Positions 1 through 9,379 of a stretch of DNA of 64,000 nt are shown here, piece after piece. Numbering within the stretch: position 1 is the stretch's first letter; every line of letters begins with the position of its first letter. Location: assembly GCA_963815195.1 (NCBI GenBank), contig CAWFGE010000013.1, positions 352,001 through 416,000 on the forward strand, read 5' to 3'. A program made the position numbers and the translations under genes. This DNA is from an uncultured Planctomycetaceae bacterium. Lineage in GTDB: Bacteria; Planctomycetota; Planctomycetia; Planctomycetales; Planctomycetaceae. The notes under the pieces are model-generated. The model saw nothing but the letters and a program-made list of their open reading frames with translations. It did no database searches and was not told where the DNA came from.

Positions 1-885
1 GATGTGGATTTGATCGCGTTTACCGGTTCGCGGACCGTGGGCCTTGGCATCTATCAACAAGCCGCGACCACCGACCCCCGGCAGACTTCGGTCAAACAGG
101 TCATCGCCGAGATGGGCGGGAAGAACGCGATCATCGTCGATGATGACGCCGACCTCGACGAAGCCGTCGCCGGGGTGGTGGCGAGTGCGTTCAATTATGC
201 CGGGCAAAAGTGCTCGGCCTGCTCGCGGGTCATCGTGCTGGCCAATGCGCACGATGCGTTCTTGGATCGCTTGATCGAAGCCACGCGGAGCCTGAAAGTC
301 GGCAACGCGGTCGATCCCGGCACCACCGTTGGCCCGGTGATCGACGAGGAAGCCTACGAACGCATCTTGGAATACATCGAAATCGGCAAGGAAGAAGCCA
401 CGCTCGCGCTCCCCGCGAGCGGACCAACCTCCGGTCGGTGCCCGCCTCAGCCCCATGATGATTCCCACGTCGGCGAGGCCGGCTACTTCATCCCGCCGCA
501 CATCTTCACCGACGTCGATCCCCATTCGCGGATCGCCCAGGAGGAAATCTTCGGCCCCGTGCTGGCGGTCATCAAAGCCGACGACTTGGACGAAGCCTTG
601 GACATCGCCAACGGCACCGATTACGCCCTCACCGGCGGCATCTTCAGCCGCAGCCCCAAACACCTCCAGAAAGCCCGCGAGGAATTCGTCGTGGGGAACC
701 TGTACCTCAACCGCGGCATCACCGGGGCCTTGGTCGAACGCCAACCGTTCGGCGGCTTCAAAATGTCCGGCATCGGCACCAAAGCCGGCGGACCCGATTA
801 CCTTCGGCAGTTTTTGATCCCGGTCAACGTCACCGAAAACACAATGCGCCGAGGCTTCGCCCCGCCGCCGGATGACGAGAAATAG
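1..885 (+). CDS. putA: C-terminal part of L-glutamate gamma-semialdehyde (P5C) dehydrogenase, PutA/PruA type (5' end outside window)
   Basis: ALDH motifs FTGS, EMGGKN, YAGQKCSACSR, EEIFGP, QPFGGFKMSG and the PutA-type ending KAGGPDYL...ENTMRRGFAP. Confidence 0.88.
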   Translation, partial: DVDLIAFTGSRTVGLGIYQQAATTDPRQTSVKQVIAEMGGKNAIIVDDDADLDEAVAGVVASAFNYAGQKCSACSRVIVLANAHDAFLDRLIEATRSLKVGNAVDPGTTVGPVIDEEAYERILEYIEIGKEEATLALPASGPTSGRCPPQPHDDSHVGEAGYFIPPHIFTDVDPHSRIAQEEIFGPVLAVIKADDLDEALDIANGTDYALTGGIFSRSPKHLQKAREEFVVGNLYLNRGITGALVERQPFGGFKMSGIGTKAGGPDYLRQFLIPVNVTENTMRRGFAPPPDDEK

Positions 886-910
886 ATCTTCGCCAAGAGA
901 AAAACAGCAA

Positions 911-938
911 AGGCGAGCGGAGGGCGTAAGCCCTCCGG
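911..938. repeat. REP-like palindrome, family A (AGGCGAGCGGAGGGCGTAAGCCCTCCGG)
   Basis: Hairpin GGAGGGC-GTAA-GCCCTCC; near-identical copies at 15086-15118 and 16828-16860. Confidence 0.8.
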
Positions 939-978
939 TTTCTTTTGCGACCATTCCGCTGCCGCACTAATCGATTCT

Positions 979-1009
979 CCCCTCGTTCCCAAGCTCTGCC
1001 TGGCAACGC
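979..1009. repeat. REP left of RAYT (CCCCTCGTTCCCAAGCTCTGCCTGGCAACGC)
   Basis: Imperfect palindrome; inverted partner at 1639-1670. Confidence 0.8.
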
Positions 1010-1026
1010 GCGAGACGTCGAGCGAC

Positions 1027-1569
1027 TTACATCCAATCGGTGACGACTTCAATTAACCCCGGTTGTCCCGCGTAATTGCGGGCACTTGAGTAGCACCAAT
1101 GAACCGGATCGTCGATGTAGCCGCGATTCACTGGATTGAAATGCACGTACTCAAGCTTCTGCCACATCACATCATCGGTTCGGATCTGCTTGGGTTTCGA
1201 TCCCTCCTGCCAGAACTGGTAAGCGGAGTCCTTCTTGTGTTGCAATTTCAGCCGGGCAAACTGATCCAGCACAGTCCGCGCTCCTTCACTCGCCAGATAG
1301 GCAAGAATGCGCCGTGCAGTGTACGATTTGAAACTCTGCATGGCCCGCGAGAGTTGCGGTGAGCGTGTGATCGGGTGCAGGTGGTTCTCGAGGATCACGT
1401 AGGCCAGCAATTGAAATTCATTGTGTTCCCGCAAGTGTTTCCAGGAGTCAAGGAGAATCTGGACGGTCTGCGGCCGCGTGAACACTGGCAGCCATCCAAC
1501 GACCGTGCAGGTCAAGAAATAGGGGAACTCTTGCTCGTTTTCGAAGATGCGGTATCGCGTGCGCGCCAT
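1027..1569 (-). mobile_element. REP-associated tyrosine transposase (RAYT, Y1/IS200-like HUH)
   Basis: YFLTCT, AYVILENHLH (HUH), FKSYTAR, FWQEG, LEYVHFNPV and W.YSSA motifs; flanked by inverted REPs. Confidence 0.88.
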
Positions 1570-1611
1570 CGGTCCGTCTCCCGGGAGTTACCGTCGATTG
1601 TACAAAAGGCG

Positions 1612-1670
1612 CGTTGCGAAGCGGAGTTTCGCGAGAGTGCGTTCCCAAGCTGGAGCTTGGGAACGAGGGG
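1612..1670. repeat. REP right of RAYT (GCGAAGCGGAGTTTCGC ... GCGTTCCCAAGCTGGAGCTTGGGAACGAGGGG)
   Basis: Perfect hairpin GTTCCCAAGCT-GG-AGCTTGGGAAC, inverted relative to 979-1009. Confidence 0.8.
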
Positions 1671-1728
1671 GAGCCTATCCCGCTGGAGCTTCTATTCTCC
1701 CCTTCGGCGGTTTCGCTATACTTTCGCG

Positions 1729-3396
1729 ATGCCTCACGAACCGCCGCCTTCTTCGTCGCTTGCGACCGGACCGCCTGCCGCCGGCGAATCGGGACACTCC
1801 GCGGTCGATTCCGCCGCCGAGGCGAGCGTGTTTTCGGGACTCCGGATTGTCAGTCTGTGCACGCTTCTCAGCCGAGTGCTGGGACTGGTGCGGGACATGG
1901 GCATGGCGGCGCTGTTCGGCAACGGGGCGGTGATGGACGCCTTCACCGTGGCCTTCCGCATTCCCAACCTGGCCCGGCGGTTTTTCGGCGAAGGGGCGCT
2001 CACGGCCGCGTTTCTGCCCGTGTTCGTCGGCGAGATGGAACAGAACGGCCGGATGTCGGCGTGGAAAGTCGGGAGCGCCGTGTTGATGCTCCTGAGCCTG
2101 TCGCTATGCGTCTTCGTGCTGCTCGCGGAAGCGGTTTTGTGGGGCCTCTCGGCTTGGGCGGATGTCAGCGCGGAAGCGAAATTGCTGATCGATCTCACCG
2201 CGATCATGCTGCCCTATTTGATCCTGATCTGCCTCTCGGCCCAGGTTTCGGCGATGCTCCACGCCCTGGGGCATTTCACCTGGCCGGCGTTGGTGCCGGT
2301 GCTGTTGAATCTCGTATGGATCGCGGGAATTTGGTGGATCGCCCCGCGGTTTGAGACGCCGGCCGAAAAGGTCACCGCCATCAGCGTGTGCATCGTGATC
2401 GCGGGCGTCCTGCAGATGGCCGCCCCTTGGCCGGCGCTCAAGCGGTTGGGCTTTCATTTCGATCCTAACTGGCGGGAGGCGAAGGCCCGGGTTCTGGAAA
2501 TCATCGCCGGGATGCTGCCGGTGCTCTTCGGCTTGTCGATCACGCAACTCAATGCGCTCACCGACAGTCTGATCGCCTGGAGCTTCTCCGCCCCCGAATC
2601 CGCGACCGCGGAACAGCTCGCGCGGTTTCCGCTCGAATCGGGCACGGCGTCGGCACTCTACCTGGGACAGCGGATGTATCAGTTCCCGCTGGGCGTGTTC
2701 GGCGTGGCCCTCGGGACGGTGATGTTTCCGCTTTTTTCCCGGCACGCGCAGCGGGGCGACTTTGCCGGGCTCCGCCGGGATTTTCTGTTGGGGCTCGAGC
2801 TGGTGGTTGGCATCGGCGTGCCCGCGAGCGTGGGGTTGTTTCTGCTCGCCGATCCTTTGACCGACCTCTTGTTTCGGCACGGCAACTTCGACGCCCGCGA
2901 TGCCCTGCAAACTTCGCAGATGATCCGCTGGTACGGCATCGGCGTCTGGGCGTATTCGGCTCTCCTCATCGTGCACCGCGGTTTTTACGCCGTTGGCGAC
3001 CGCCAAACGCCGCTCCGCGTGGGCATTCTGGCCATGGTCTCGAACGTCGTTTTAAGCTTCACGTTCATCTGGCCCTTCGGCGGATGGGGCCTCGCGCTCT
3101 CGACCGCGCTCTCGGCCATGCTGCAGGTGTCGCTGGTGACTTGGGCCTTTCAAGGACAAGTCGGCCGCCTCGATTGGCCGAGGCTCGTTCGCACGACATG
3201 CCGCGCGGGCGTGGCGTCTCTCGCGATGGCGCTGAGCTGCTGGGGCACGTTGGCTCTTTTACAGGCCGCCGCGATTTCCTCGCGCACTTTGAACGTCGTT
3301 GCCCCCGTGGGTGTTTCGATCCTGGTCTATTTCGCCGCCGCGAAATTGCTCAACATGCAAGAACTCGCCGTGCTGCTCCAACGCGGCAAACGCTGA
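1729..3396 (+). CDS. murJ: Lipid II flippase MurJ (MviN)
   Basis: SRVLGLVRD, AFRIPNLARRFFGEGAL and QFPLGVFG motifs, many TM helices; ATG at 1729 preferred over the ORF start at 1375, which overlaps the RAYT. Confidence 0.92.
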   Translation: MPHEPPPSSSLATGPPAAGESGHSAVDSAAEASVFSGLRIVSLCTLLSRVLGLVRDMGMAALFGNGAVMDAFTVAFRIPNLARRFFGEGALTAAFLPVFVGEMEQNGRMSAWKVGSAVLMLLSLSLCVFVLLAEAVLWGLSAWADVSAEAKLLIDLTAIMLPYLILICLSAQVSAMLHALGHFTWPALVPVLLNLVWIAGIWWIAPRFETPAEKVTAISVCIVIAGVLQMAAPWPALKRLGFHFDPNWREAKARVLEIIAGMLPVLFGLSITQLNALTDSLIAWSFSAPESATAEQLARFPLESGTASALYLGQRMYQFPLGVFGVALGTVMFPLFSRHAQRGDFAGLRRDFLLGLELVVGIGVPASVGLFLLADPLTDLLFRHGNFDARDALQTSQMIRWYGIGVWAYSALLIVHRGFYAVGDRQTPLRVGILAMVSNVVLSFTFIWPFGGWGLALSTALSAMLQVSLVTWAFQGQVGRLDWPRLVRTTCRAGVASLAMALSCWGTLALLQAAAISSRTLNVVAPVGVSILVYFAAAKLLNMQELAVLLQRGKR

Positions 3397-3401
3397 CTTC
3401 A

Positions 3402-4310
3402 TCACGCCGCGTCGCGCCAAGTGCTCCACCAGGCTTCAAAGCGGCGGGTGAGGTGCTTGGATTTCTCGGCAAACAGCCGCTCGCCCACATCAAACGCCTC
3501 CGCACGGATCGTTTTCTGCGATTTGCGGAGCACCTCGCGAAAGGCGTCCACCTCGGCAAGATCGGGGAAGTCGGTCGCGTGTTCCGCGAGCAACAAATCC
3601 AGCATCGACAAATCGTGATCGTCACCCAGCAAGTCCGCGAGATGCTTCGCTTCCTCGCAACGGGCTTTCATCAGCGGCTTGTAAAGATTCACCAACAGCC
3701 GGCAATGATACCAGTGGTATTTCACCCGCTTCCGCCATTCGTGGAAGTCCTCCATCGCGGCTTTCTTGCGCGAGGCATTCTTCATCGCCTTTTGCGCCCG
3801 GCGGTAGGTCTTTTCGAAACCGCCGGCGATCGCCTCGAAACCGCCGTCGTCGAGTTTCCAGTCCTTCACGCGGTCTTCGGCTTCCTGGATGTCTTGGGCG
3901 AGTTGATCCAGCTTGCCGGGCAGATCGGTCAGGTCCCCGGCGATCCGCTGCCGGCGTTCCACAAGATGCACGCGGATCCCGGCGAACTTTGGAGGATGAT
4001 CGCTGTCGGCCGCGGCCGGCACGAGCCGATCGCAGGCTTCGATCAATGATTGGGCGTCCCGCACGGCGGAGATTTCGCGGCCCGCATCGCGGAACAAAGC
4101 GTTCTCACGCTGGTAGGTTTTTTCAAACCCCGGCCGCACGAGCCGGATGATCCCGCGAATCTTCTTAAACCGCTTGCGCACCTGATGCACCGCCTCGTGG
4201 CGGTCCAGTTCCGTGCTTTGAATCTCCGCGACGGCCTTTTCCAACTGCTCGCGGGCAATCCGTTTGACCCCGTCAACGACCGACTCGCCCCGCTTCAATC
4301 GGAAACCCAT
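3402..4310 (-). CDS. CHAD domain protein (polyphosphate-binding family)
   Basis: VHQVRKRFKKIR, RDAQ, FHEWRKRVK and LGDDHDL motifs. Confidence 0.88.
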   Translation of the reverse strand: MGFRLKRGESVVDGVKRIAREQLEKAVAEIQSTELDRHEAVHQVRKRFKKIRGIIRLVRPGFEKTYQRENALFRDAGREISAVRDAQSLIEACDRLVPAAADSDHPPKFAGIRVHLVERRQRIAGDLTDLPGKLDQLAQDIQEAEDRVKDWKLDDGGFEAIAGGFEKTYRRAQKAMKNASRKKAAMEDFHEWRKRVKYHWYHCRLLVNLYKPLMKARCEEAKHLADLLGDDHDLSMLDLLLAEHATDFPDLAEVDAFREVLRKSQKTIRAEAFDVGERLFAEKSKHLTRRFEAWWSTWRDAA

Positions 4311-4411
4311 AAAAGCCCCTTATCTTACCCCGTTTAACACAATCTTCACGATTCCATGATGCCAATTCCCGAAAACCCAGGCAACTGAAGGAGAGCATTC
4401 TTAACAATTGA

Positions 4412-4493
4412 GGGTGGCATGTCCCTGAGCGCAGCGAAGGGCGTGGTCTGTGCGATCGCCACGCCCTTCGCTGCGCTCAGGGACGTGCCACCC
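4412..4493. repeat. REP doublet, 35-bp inverted repeat
   Basis: GGGTGGCATGTCCCTGAGCGCAGCGAAGGGCGTGG (4412-4446) pairs with 4459-4493, one mismatch, 12-nt loop. Confidence 0.85.
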
Positions 4494-4566
4494 GGGCCGG
4501 TTTATCGGAACGACCGGACGCCAGCACGTTCCGGCTGATCGGCGTTGCCGTCGCGAACCGCGACGT

Positions 4567-6507
4567 TCAATCGGTCATCTCCAGGTACGGATCGAGGCCC
4601 ATTTTTTGGTAATGCTTCCGGCGGTCCTCTTCCTGCTTGAGGAGTTGCTTCCGCGTTTTTTTGTGCATCCGCTCCAGGCGGCGCTGCGTTTGGCGGAAGA
4701 ACCCGACCCAGCTTCGCGAAAGTTCGCCGCGAAGATTCGGCCGGGCGTTTTTGCGGACGGCGGCGAGCTTTTCGGGGCTCAAACAGCGGAGCAATTCATC
4801 CTCGAGCGAGAGGAAAAACTGATACGAACCCGGTTCCCCTTGCCGGGCCGTGCGGCCGATCAATTGCCGATCGATGCGGGCCGACGTGTGCATTTCGGTG
4901 GCGATGACGTGCAGGCCCCCGGTCTCCACGACCGCGCGTTCGAGTTGGATGTCGGTCCCGCGGCCCGCCATGTTCGTGGCCACGGTAACTTTGCCCGGTT
5001 CTCCGGCCCGGCGGATGATCGCAGCCTCTTCTTTGTGGAATCGGCAGTTCAGAATCTGATGCGGAATCTGATGCGATCGGAGCACCTCGCCCAACGCTTC
5101 GGAGGATTCCACCGAAGGCGTCCCCACCAGAATCGCCCGCCCGCTTTCCAAGAGCCGGACGATCTCCGCCGCAACCGCCTGCAGCTTGGCGTGCCGGGTG
5201 GCGAACACGCGGGGCGGTTTGGATTGCCGCCGGCAGGGGCGGTGCGTGGGGATCGTGGTGACGCGGAGGCGGTAAGTTTTTTTGAACTCCCGGGCGGCCG
5301 GCGCCCCTGTCCCGGTCAGTCCCGCGAGATGCGTATATTGATTGAAGAAGCTCTGCACCGTCATTCGCGCCGCCGGCCGGGTGGCCTGTGTGATCGGCAC
5401 GCGTTCCTTGGCTTCAATCGCCTGATGCAGGCCGTCTTGCCATTTGCGGCCGTCCATCAACCGCCCGGTCGATTCATCGACGATCGCGAGCTTGTCGTCC
5501 TCATCGACGACATAATCGCGGTCGCGCTGGAAGGCGAACTCCGCGGTCAAGGCCCGCTCCACCTGGCGATAGACCCGCTCGGAATCCACGCGGGCCATCG
5601 AAGCCGACTTGGGCAAGGCCAAGGTCCGCCGGCAGCCGGTGTCGGTCAAAAAGGCCGATCGCCGCCGCGGGTCGAAGTGGTAATCGACGCCGAACTGCAA
5701 TTGATCCACCGCCCGCGCGCACCAGCGGAAGAGGCCCACGGCCTCGGCATCATTGTCTTCACCCAAGGCGATCAACAGCGGCGTCTTGGCTTCATCGATC
5801 AGAATGCTGTCCGCTTCATCGATCAAAGCAAAGTGCAGTCCCCGCTGCACGAGGCGGTCGGTCTGATCGTCCGCGATGCCCGTGAACTGCCGACTTCGCT
5901 CGTGGCCCGTCTGCCCGTATTTTTTCAGCCGATCCCGGAGAAAATCGAAGCCCATTTCCTTGGCGGTGCCGTAGGTGATGTCGGCCGCGTATTCCGGCCC
6001 GCGCTCGTCCGGTTTGATCTCGCCCTGGATGCAGCCCACGGTCATTCCCAGCCGATTGAAGATGTCCGCGCCCAAGGCCGCGTCCCGCTCGGCCAGGTAT
6101 TCGTTCGCGGTAATCACATGAGCGCCCTTCCCGGCGAGGGCGTGCAGAAACGCGGGCAAAAGTGCGGTGAGGGTTTTGCCTTCCCCGGTCTGCATCTCGG
6201 CGATGCCGCCTTCAAAGAGCGCAATGCCGCCCATCATCTGCACGGGGTAATGCGTTAATCCCGTCGCCCTGCGGGTCGCTTCGCGAACCAAAGCATACGC
6301 CGCGGGCATCAGCCGCTTGAGCGACTCGCCCGACAGGCACCGCCAATGCAGCTCGCGCGCGGTGCGTTCCAACTCGGCGTCGGAAAATCGTTCGAGTTTT
6401 TGAGATCGCCGGATGATCGACCGCGCCAGCCACCGCCACCGCGAAAGCCGCGCTCTCGCGGGATGTCCGCCGGCGATGGTCCAATGAAACAAGTTCCCGA
6501 TCAACAT
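4567..6507 (-). CDS. Short SecA paralogue (SecA_DEAD, cross-linking domain and NBD2; no wing/C-terminal domains)
   Basis: MQTGEGKT, IDEADSILIDEA, GLHQAIEAKE, ATNMAGRGTDI, RIDRQLIGRTARQGEPGS; about 646 aa from the ATG at 6507. Confidence 0.9.
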   Translation of the reverse strand: MLIGNLFHWTIAGGHPARARLSRWRWLARSIIRRSQKLERFSDAELERTARELHWRCLSGESLKRLMPAAYALVREATRRATGLTHYPVQMMGGIALFEGGIAEMQTGEGKTLTALLPAFLHALAGKGAHVITANEYLAERDAALGADIFNRLGMTVGCIQGEIKPDERGPEYAADITYGTAKEMGFDFLRDRLKKYGQTGHERSRQFTGIADDQTDRLVQRGLHFALIDEADSILIDEAKTPLLIALGEDNDAEAVGLFRWCARAVDQLQFGVDYHFDPRRRSAFLTDTGCRRTLALPKSASMARVDSERVYRQVERALTAEFAFQRDRDYVVDEDDKLAIVDESTGRLMDGRKWQDGLHQAIEAKERVPITQATRPAARMTVQSFFNQYTHLAGLTGTGAPAAREFKKTYRLRVTTIPTHRPCRRQSKPPRVFATRHAKLQAVAAEIVRLLESGRAILVGTPSVESSEALGEVLRSHQIPHQILNCRFHKEEAAIIRRAGEPGKVTVATNMAGRGTDIQLERAVVETGGLHVIATEMHTSARIDRQLIGRTARQGEPGSYQFFLSLEDELLRCLSPEKLAAVRKNARPNLRGELSRSWVGFFRQTQRRLERMHKKTRKQLLKQEEDRRKHYQKMGLDPYLEMTD

Positions 6508-6556
6508 TTCATTGCCTTGAAGAAATCCGAAATCCCAGACAAATCCCATTTCAAAA

Positions 6557-6731
6557 AGAGCCGCGCACGAAGTAAGCGGTCTTTCTAGATGTAGAGATCG
6601 CAATACCGCTTACTTCGTGCGCGGCTCTCTTCAAACGATGCCGGGCAATACCGCTTACTTCGTGCGCGGCTCTCTTCAAACGAAGCCGGGCAATACCGCT
6701 TGCTTCGTGCGCGGCTCTCTTCAAACGATGC
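6557..6731. repeat. REP family B: one inverted copy plus three 45-bp tandem units (CAATACCGCTTACTTCGTGCGCGGCTCTCTTCAAACG...)
   Basis: Units start at 6601, 6646 and 6691; inverted core AGAGCCGCGCACGAAGTAAGCGGT at 6557-6580; same core at 50238-50355. Confidence 0.88.
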
Positions 6732-6891
6732 AGCGCATTTGGTCTTTGATCACCTGCCAATATGTTTGCTCGACGAAGAGCAGCGGGAGGCCGAGGAGGT
6801 CGGCGATTTCTTGGAGTTTGAGGTTTTCGCAATACCGGAGGATCAGAATCAGCCGTTCGATGCGGCCCAGGCCCTGACTCAAGTTCGACAT
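6721..6891 (-). CDS. 56-aa stand-alone sigma-70 region-4-like HTH protein (below ORF-track cutoff)
   Basis: Translated by hand: MSNLSQGLGRIERLILILRYCENLKLQEIADLLGLPLLFVEQTYWQVIKDQMRCIV*; region-4 pattern ERLIL.LRY.E.L.L.EIA.LLG; purine-rich upstream sequence AGAAAGACGGGAC. Confidence 0.65.
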   Translation of the reverse strand: MSNLSQGLGRIERLILILRYCENLKLQEIADLLGLPLLFVEQTYWQVIKDQMRCIV

Positions 6892-6935
6892 GTCCCGTCT
6901 TTCTAATGCCTGAAAAGCGAGCCTATGGAAGGGTG

Positions 6936-9158
6936 TTACATGCGGAAGTGGAAGGTGCGTTTGAGGTGCCGCCAGACCCAGCCGCCGGCCGTGCGGGTGT
7001 CCATGGGAAATCGGGCCTCGCCGCGAACGCCGGGCATGAGGGTTCCCGGAATCGCCGCCAACGGCACAATCGCTTGATAGGCGGAACCGTCGAGCCGTTC
7101 ATTGCCGCGGACGTCGGTCGTGGTGGCGAGGTCGCCGCCGAACTTGTTGGACAAGGGGGCCGGGGCGCTTTCCAAATGCCGGTCCGAAATCTCGCGAATC
7201 TGCCCGACCCGCACGCCGGCGGGTTTGGAACCCAGCTTGAGCGAAATGTCTTCGTTCACGCGAAAGTCGTCGCGCTCGTTTTGATCGATCACCAAGACGG
7301 CTTGATATTCCGCAGCGGGGGCCACGCTCAACAGATGCGACTGCGTGGCGAGCCAACAGCCGAGATTCCTCGCCTCCAAAGGCGTCCCGTCCCAGCGGGC
7401 CAGCGATTCGCTTGGCAGATTGGCCGGCTGCGGCGAGACCTGCGGCGGGGCGACGACCACGCCGTCGCAGGGCGCGACGAACGTCAGCGTCCTGAGCTTC
7501 TCCCCAGTTTGGGCCAAGCGTTTTTCGAGGGACGCCAGCATCGTGCGGGCGTATTCCTCGCCGGGCTTGTTGTCGAGCCTTTTTTGCGTCTCGACTTCGA
7601 GCTGCTGAATCCGCACCGCCACGCGGAGTTTTTCGTATTCGTCGCGGAGGGGATAATTCTCCAGCCGGGCGAGCACGTCGCCTTTCCGCACGCGCTGTCC
7701 GGGCGCCGCGTTCAGTTCCACCAACCGTCCCGGCGTGCTCACGAGCACATGCTCGATGCCCCGCGGCTCCACGGTGAACGGAGCCTCGACGTAAAGCGGC
7801 AAAGGCACCGTCAGCGCGGCAAAGCCGGCGGCGGTCAGGCAAAGGGCGGTCAGCGCGGCGCGAAGGTAACTCATGGGCCGGATCCTGGGGGCTTTCAAAA
7901 CGCGATACAAGGTGACAACGAGACTGCCCGCGATCATGAGCGCCGACCCGATTCCCATCCCCAGCCCCAGATTCTGGAGGCCGTAGGGTTTGAGGAATTC
8001 GTAAAGCACGAAGATGATCGTGAACGTCAAAAACCAGCGGTACGCGGCCGAGGCGAGCGCGAACAGGGCAAACCAGATCCGCCCGCGGTCCGGCATGAAG
8101 GGATCCGGCGGATTGATGATGCCCAGGCAGACCCGGCTGAACACATCGCGAAACATGCGGTCGGCTTTGGTCCGCAGGTTGGGGATTTCCAGGAGATCGC
8201 TGAGGATGTAATACCCATCGTACCGGAGCAGCGGATTCGCGTTGAAGATTACCGTGGTGATCGTCGTCACAAAAAAAATGTTGAGGCACAGATGATGCAA
8301 AAGCCCCGGTTGCGTGTGCCACCACGCGAGGGCCGCGAGCGCGGACAGGAAGACTTCAATCATCATCCCCGCGCAGGCGATGAGGATCCGCTTCCATTTG
8401 CTGGCCAAAACCCATGAGTCGGAGACATCGCAATACAGGCAAGGGCTGAAGACCAGAAGGGCCATTCCGATTTCGTGGCATTCGCCGCCATAGTGTTTGC
8501 AGGACAAGCCGTGGGCCAGTTCGTGGATAAACTTGGCCACGCCCATCGTCAGCCATAGCAGAAACAGATTCGGCCAGCTAAAAAACTGCTGGAACGTCGG
8601 GATGTGGCGTTCGATCTCGCCGAAGTTGACGCCCACGAGAATCCACATCACCGCCACAAACAGTCCGCACAAGCCGATCACCGAAGGCCGAAACGCCCAC
8701 CGCACCCACGGGTAGAGAAAACAGAGAAGCCGTTCCGGATCCCAGCCGGGCAGCTTGATGTAGAGCACATTGCGGATCGCGTTCCAAACGGCCTTCAGGC
8801 GTTTGTCACGGGCCTGCTCGATGAGGTTCTGGGCCTGCCCCGCCCGCTCGCTGTAAACGAGTCCCTTCTGATGCAGGTCCATCGCGAGGTTTCGGAGGTC
8901 CGAAAGTCCCGGCCGCTCGGTGGGAAATTCCTCTTGGAATGCGTCGCGGATGTCTTCGAGGCTCCGCTTTCCGTCGAGCAGTTGGAGGATGTGATATTGC
9001 TCGCTTTGGAGCCGATAGTATCCGAGCGCAACCGGATCCTTGATGACCCAATACCTGAGGCCTTGATAGACGATCGGCTCCACGGTCAGATCCCGGCGGG
9101 CCACCAGGGGCACGGGCCGCTTCGTGGAGGGAATCAGGGATGATGGGGTTTGGCCCAT
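6936..9158 (-). CDS. Site-2 protease (M50)-like membrane domain fused to an HlyD/biotin-lipoyl-like membrane fusion domain
   Basis: HELAH zinc motif, NANPLLRYDGYY, then PGQRVRKGDVLARL and APCDGVVV hairpin motifs; start MGQTP at 9158. Confidence 0.85.
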   Translation of the reverse strand: MGQTPSSLIPSTKRPVPLVARRDLTVEPIVYQGLRYWVIKDPVALGYYRLQSEQYHILQLLDGKRSLEDIRDAFQEEFPTERPGLSDLRNLAMDLHQKGLVYSERAGQAQNLIEQARDKRLKAVWNAIRNVLYIKLPGWDPERLLCFLYPWVRWAFRPSVIGLCGLFVAVMWILVGVNFGEIERHIPTFQQFFSWPNLFLLWLTMGVAKFIHELAHGLSCKHYGGECHEIGMALLVFSPCLYCDVSDSWVLASKWKRILIACAGMMIEVFLSALAALAWWHTQPGLLHHLCLNIFFVTTITTVIFNANPLLRYDGYYILSDLLEIPNLRTKADRMFRDVFSRVCLGIINPPDPFMPDRGRIWFALFALASAAYRWFLTFTIIFVLYEFLKPYGLQNLGLGMGIGSALMIAGSLVVTLYRVLKAPRIRPMSYLRAALTALCLTAAGFAALTVPLPLYVEAPFTVEPRGIEHVLVSTPGRLVELNAAPGQRVRKGDVLARLENYPLRDEYEKLRVAVRIQQLEVETQKRLDNKPGEEYARTMLASLEKRLAQTGEKLRTLTFVAPCDGVVVAPPQVSPQPANLPSESLARWDGTPLEARNLGCWLATQSHLLSVAPAAEYQAVLVIDQNERDDFRVNEDISLKLGSKPAGVRVGQIREISDRHLESAPAPLSNKFGGDLATTTDVRGNERLDGSAYQAIVPLAAIPGTLMPGVRGEARFPMDTRTAGGWVWRHLKRTFHFRM

Positions 9159-9379
9159 AATCGGCCCGTGGAAATCCAGCGGAAGGCGGTGGGAGAATGG
9201 TTCAAAACGGCGCGGGGGATACCATTTCACGCGGTCTCTGTAAAGATGGGTTCGCCGGTGACGCTTGGGATTGCTACAATACGACTGTTTTCCGTAGGGA
9301 ATTATCATAGACACTCCGGCACGAAGTTTTTACATTTTCCAGCGTGCCGCCCCATGTCTTTGCGTAGAGGAATTTTCCC

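Noticed and set aside
1375..1728. N-terminal extension of the MurJ ORF
   Set aside because: Overlaps the RAYT gene on the other strand and a REP; ATG at 1729 is more plausible
4450..6258. 602-aa plus-strand ORF
   Set aside because: Antisense shadow of the SecA paralogue, expected in high-GC DNA; no motifs
6601..6731. Possible mini CRISPR array
   Set aside because: The would-be spacers are near-identical, the period is only 45 bp, the core is a REP with an inverted partner, and no cas genes are present
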